Assembly (NCBI RefSeq): GCF_018977255.1
Contig: NW_024704743.1
Span: 56,856,001 to 56,920,000, forward strand
Source of the DNA: Callorhinchus milii
Lineage: Eukaryota
Direction: 5' to 3'
Length of the DNA stretch: 64,000 bases
The notes under the pieces were generated by a model. That model was not told the DNA's origin. It saw only the letters and a program-made list of their open reading frames with translations, and made no database searches. Positions 62,142 through 64,000 of the stretch are shown here, piece after piece (position 1 is the stretch's first letter; every line of letters starts with the position of its first letter). A program made the translations under genes and the position numbers.

Positions 62142-63029
62142 AATACCTTCATACCTACTTCTTCAACCGTTGTTATGGTCATCTTCGCCTTCTCCCTCCA
62201 CCCTGCTCACTGTCCATCTTCGCAACTGCAAAGTGCTTTGAGAGGTTATTCTACGTGAAGGGCACGATATAACTGCAAGCAGCAGCAGTTGTTGTTGAGT
62301 GTGTGGTATGTACCGCCAATGTGCTGAAATACACTAAAGTTCTGGACTCATTTGTAATCATAAACCTCCATCAGTCAAGCTTACATGTTATCTGATACAC
62401 AAATATTGAAAGGGCTTGGTACCTTTAAATGGGAACATTGTGCAAGATGAAAGAAAATACTCTCCAGGAGAGGTTGAAGATATTGAAATACCTTCATTTG
62501 AGTGTTTCAGTTGTGAGGAATGTGTAAAATGCAGAAACACCAGATTGTGGAAGTACACATACACTGAACCAAGTCATCATGACCCAAAGTTGCACTAACA
62601 GAAAATGTTTGTTTGACACTCTAGATACTCCAGAACAGATTATTTGAAATGTCATGTTGACACGTTGCTACACGCTTCCACATCTTTTAACTTTGTCATC
62701 AATTGCCCCAACAAAAAGTATTCAGTTTTCTGCTTTGCTTAGCCTTTTTCACTCAACCAGCAGCACGTAGCTTGTTAAATGTCAGTCGCTGATCACAGTG
62801 GCCGACTGTGAAGACTCAATGTTCTGTGAAATGATCAAGATTAACAGGGTGTAACAAAGATTCATTACTCGCTGCTTCTTGGCCTCTGAACACAATAGCA
62901 AAGGATACCCTCCCCACACTTTCACATTCATTACTTTCTTCCCCCTTTCTCCCTTAACTTATTCCAGGAGTTGACTTGTTGCGAAATGGTACTCCCAACG
63001 TAAGCCCCGTTTACCATTCTTCAAGTGAT

Positions 63030-63253
63030 AAATAATATAATTCTTGCATTTAATATAATGCCTCATCATGTCGTCGAGATGTTTCAAAAGTGATCTACCA
63101 ATCAACTAATAACTGGGTTCCTACTTAATGCTAGGTAAACAGAAGCATGTGGAGTAAGGAAACTTGTCTAAGGTTTCGGCCTGCCCAGGAATTGAACCCG
63201 GGTTGTCTCATTTGCGAGGCGAACGCTCTAACCAAAATGCTGCAAGACCCACA
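63030..63253 (-). mobile_element. Family A SINE with Deu segment deleted
   Basis: Tail joined directly to the CCAATCAACTAA...GGAGTAAGGAAACTTG middle and head. Confidence 0.75.
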
Positions 63254-64000
63254 CTGTTTACCAAATAACCACCAAATAATGAGCACCAGGAGAGATGAGT
63301 AGGTGATACTGTGTGAGAGGTGGAGTTGCAAGATTCTCCCAAAAGCAGAATTAGAAACATAAAAATATAAGTTTCTACTGCGCAGAAGAAGGGGATTCGT
63401 CTCATGAAATCCACAGTGGCTAACAGATCAAGGAGATCAATTCAATCCCACTGCCCTGCCTTATTGTTAAACCTAGACAAAACAATACCCGTGTGAAAGT
63501 ATTACTTTTGTTGTTCCTATGCCGCATCCTAGCCCCTTTCCTTCATATGATTTGATGGGCCACTGATTCTTTTTATCTTTTTCCTGTTTTTGTATCTCTA
63601 TATGCAATATTTATGTGTGTGTACCAGTGTGCGTTCCCAGGCTATCCACCATGGGAAATATTATAGCTAAACTTCAATCCTGTTTTTGTTGCAATATCCA
63701 AACACATGCAGTTTCTAGCATGGGTGACCGAAATTGGATTGTTTTTCTCCCAAGTAACACAGGGTCATGAAAGCCGATTGGATTACACGTAACATCACAG
63801 TTAAGTCCTCACTTGCTGATTTTCACACAAATATACAACAATAACAACAATGACTTGTATTTCCATAGGGTTCACTTAGGATAGTGTCTCAAGTACTGAC
63901 CTTCCAGTGTGGGTCACTGGTGGTATTCAGGAAGGGAAATGCCTAGACCAGAGATGTCTAGATCAATTAATGGCAATAATACTGCCCTAGCTAAAATCAC

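Noticed and set aside
62416..62598. Cys-containing 60-aa ORF (CFSCEECVKC)
   Set aside because: Non-ATG start, spacing fits no metal-binding family I recognise, and there is no splice support.

Overview
Eukaryotic, repeat-rich, apparently intronic or intergenic DNA. The repeat set (LINE-2 with (TTG)n tails, CR1 3' ends, tRNA-headed DeuSINE-type SINEs, a palindromic Penelope-type repeat) points to a cartilaginous fish, probably a chimaera/elephant shark (inference, not checked). I recognise no host protein-coding gene, true tRNA/rRNA gene or CRISPR array. Nearly all long ORFs are LINE-2 ORF2 pieces or their shadow frames. Contents: one full-length but decayed ~3.4 kb L2, five very young 5'-truncated copies of one L2 family, older L2 and CR1 fragments, two abundant SINE families sharing the L2 3' stem-loop, an old AmnSINE2-like SINE, one fold-back MITE, several local duplications, and repeat-free homeobox-motif-rich blocks that may be enhancers. 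Main observations: (1) a non-autonomous Penelope-like palindrome with two back-to-back minimal hammerhead ribozyme motifs and 16-bp target-site duplications; (2) two independent young L2 insertions sharing the same -1 frameshift just after YADD while differing mostly at synonymous sites; (3) a three-level SINE/L2/L2 nest forming long inverted repeats; (4) a possible SINE 3' transduction. All alignments were by eye, family names come from recalled consensus features, and boundaries of old repeats are approximate.
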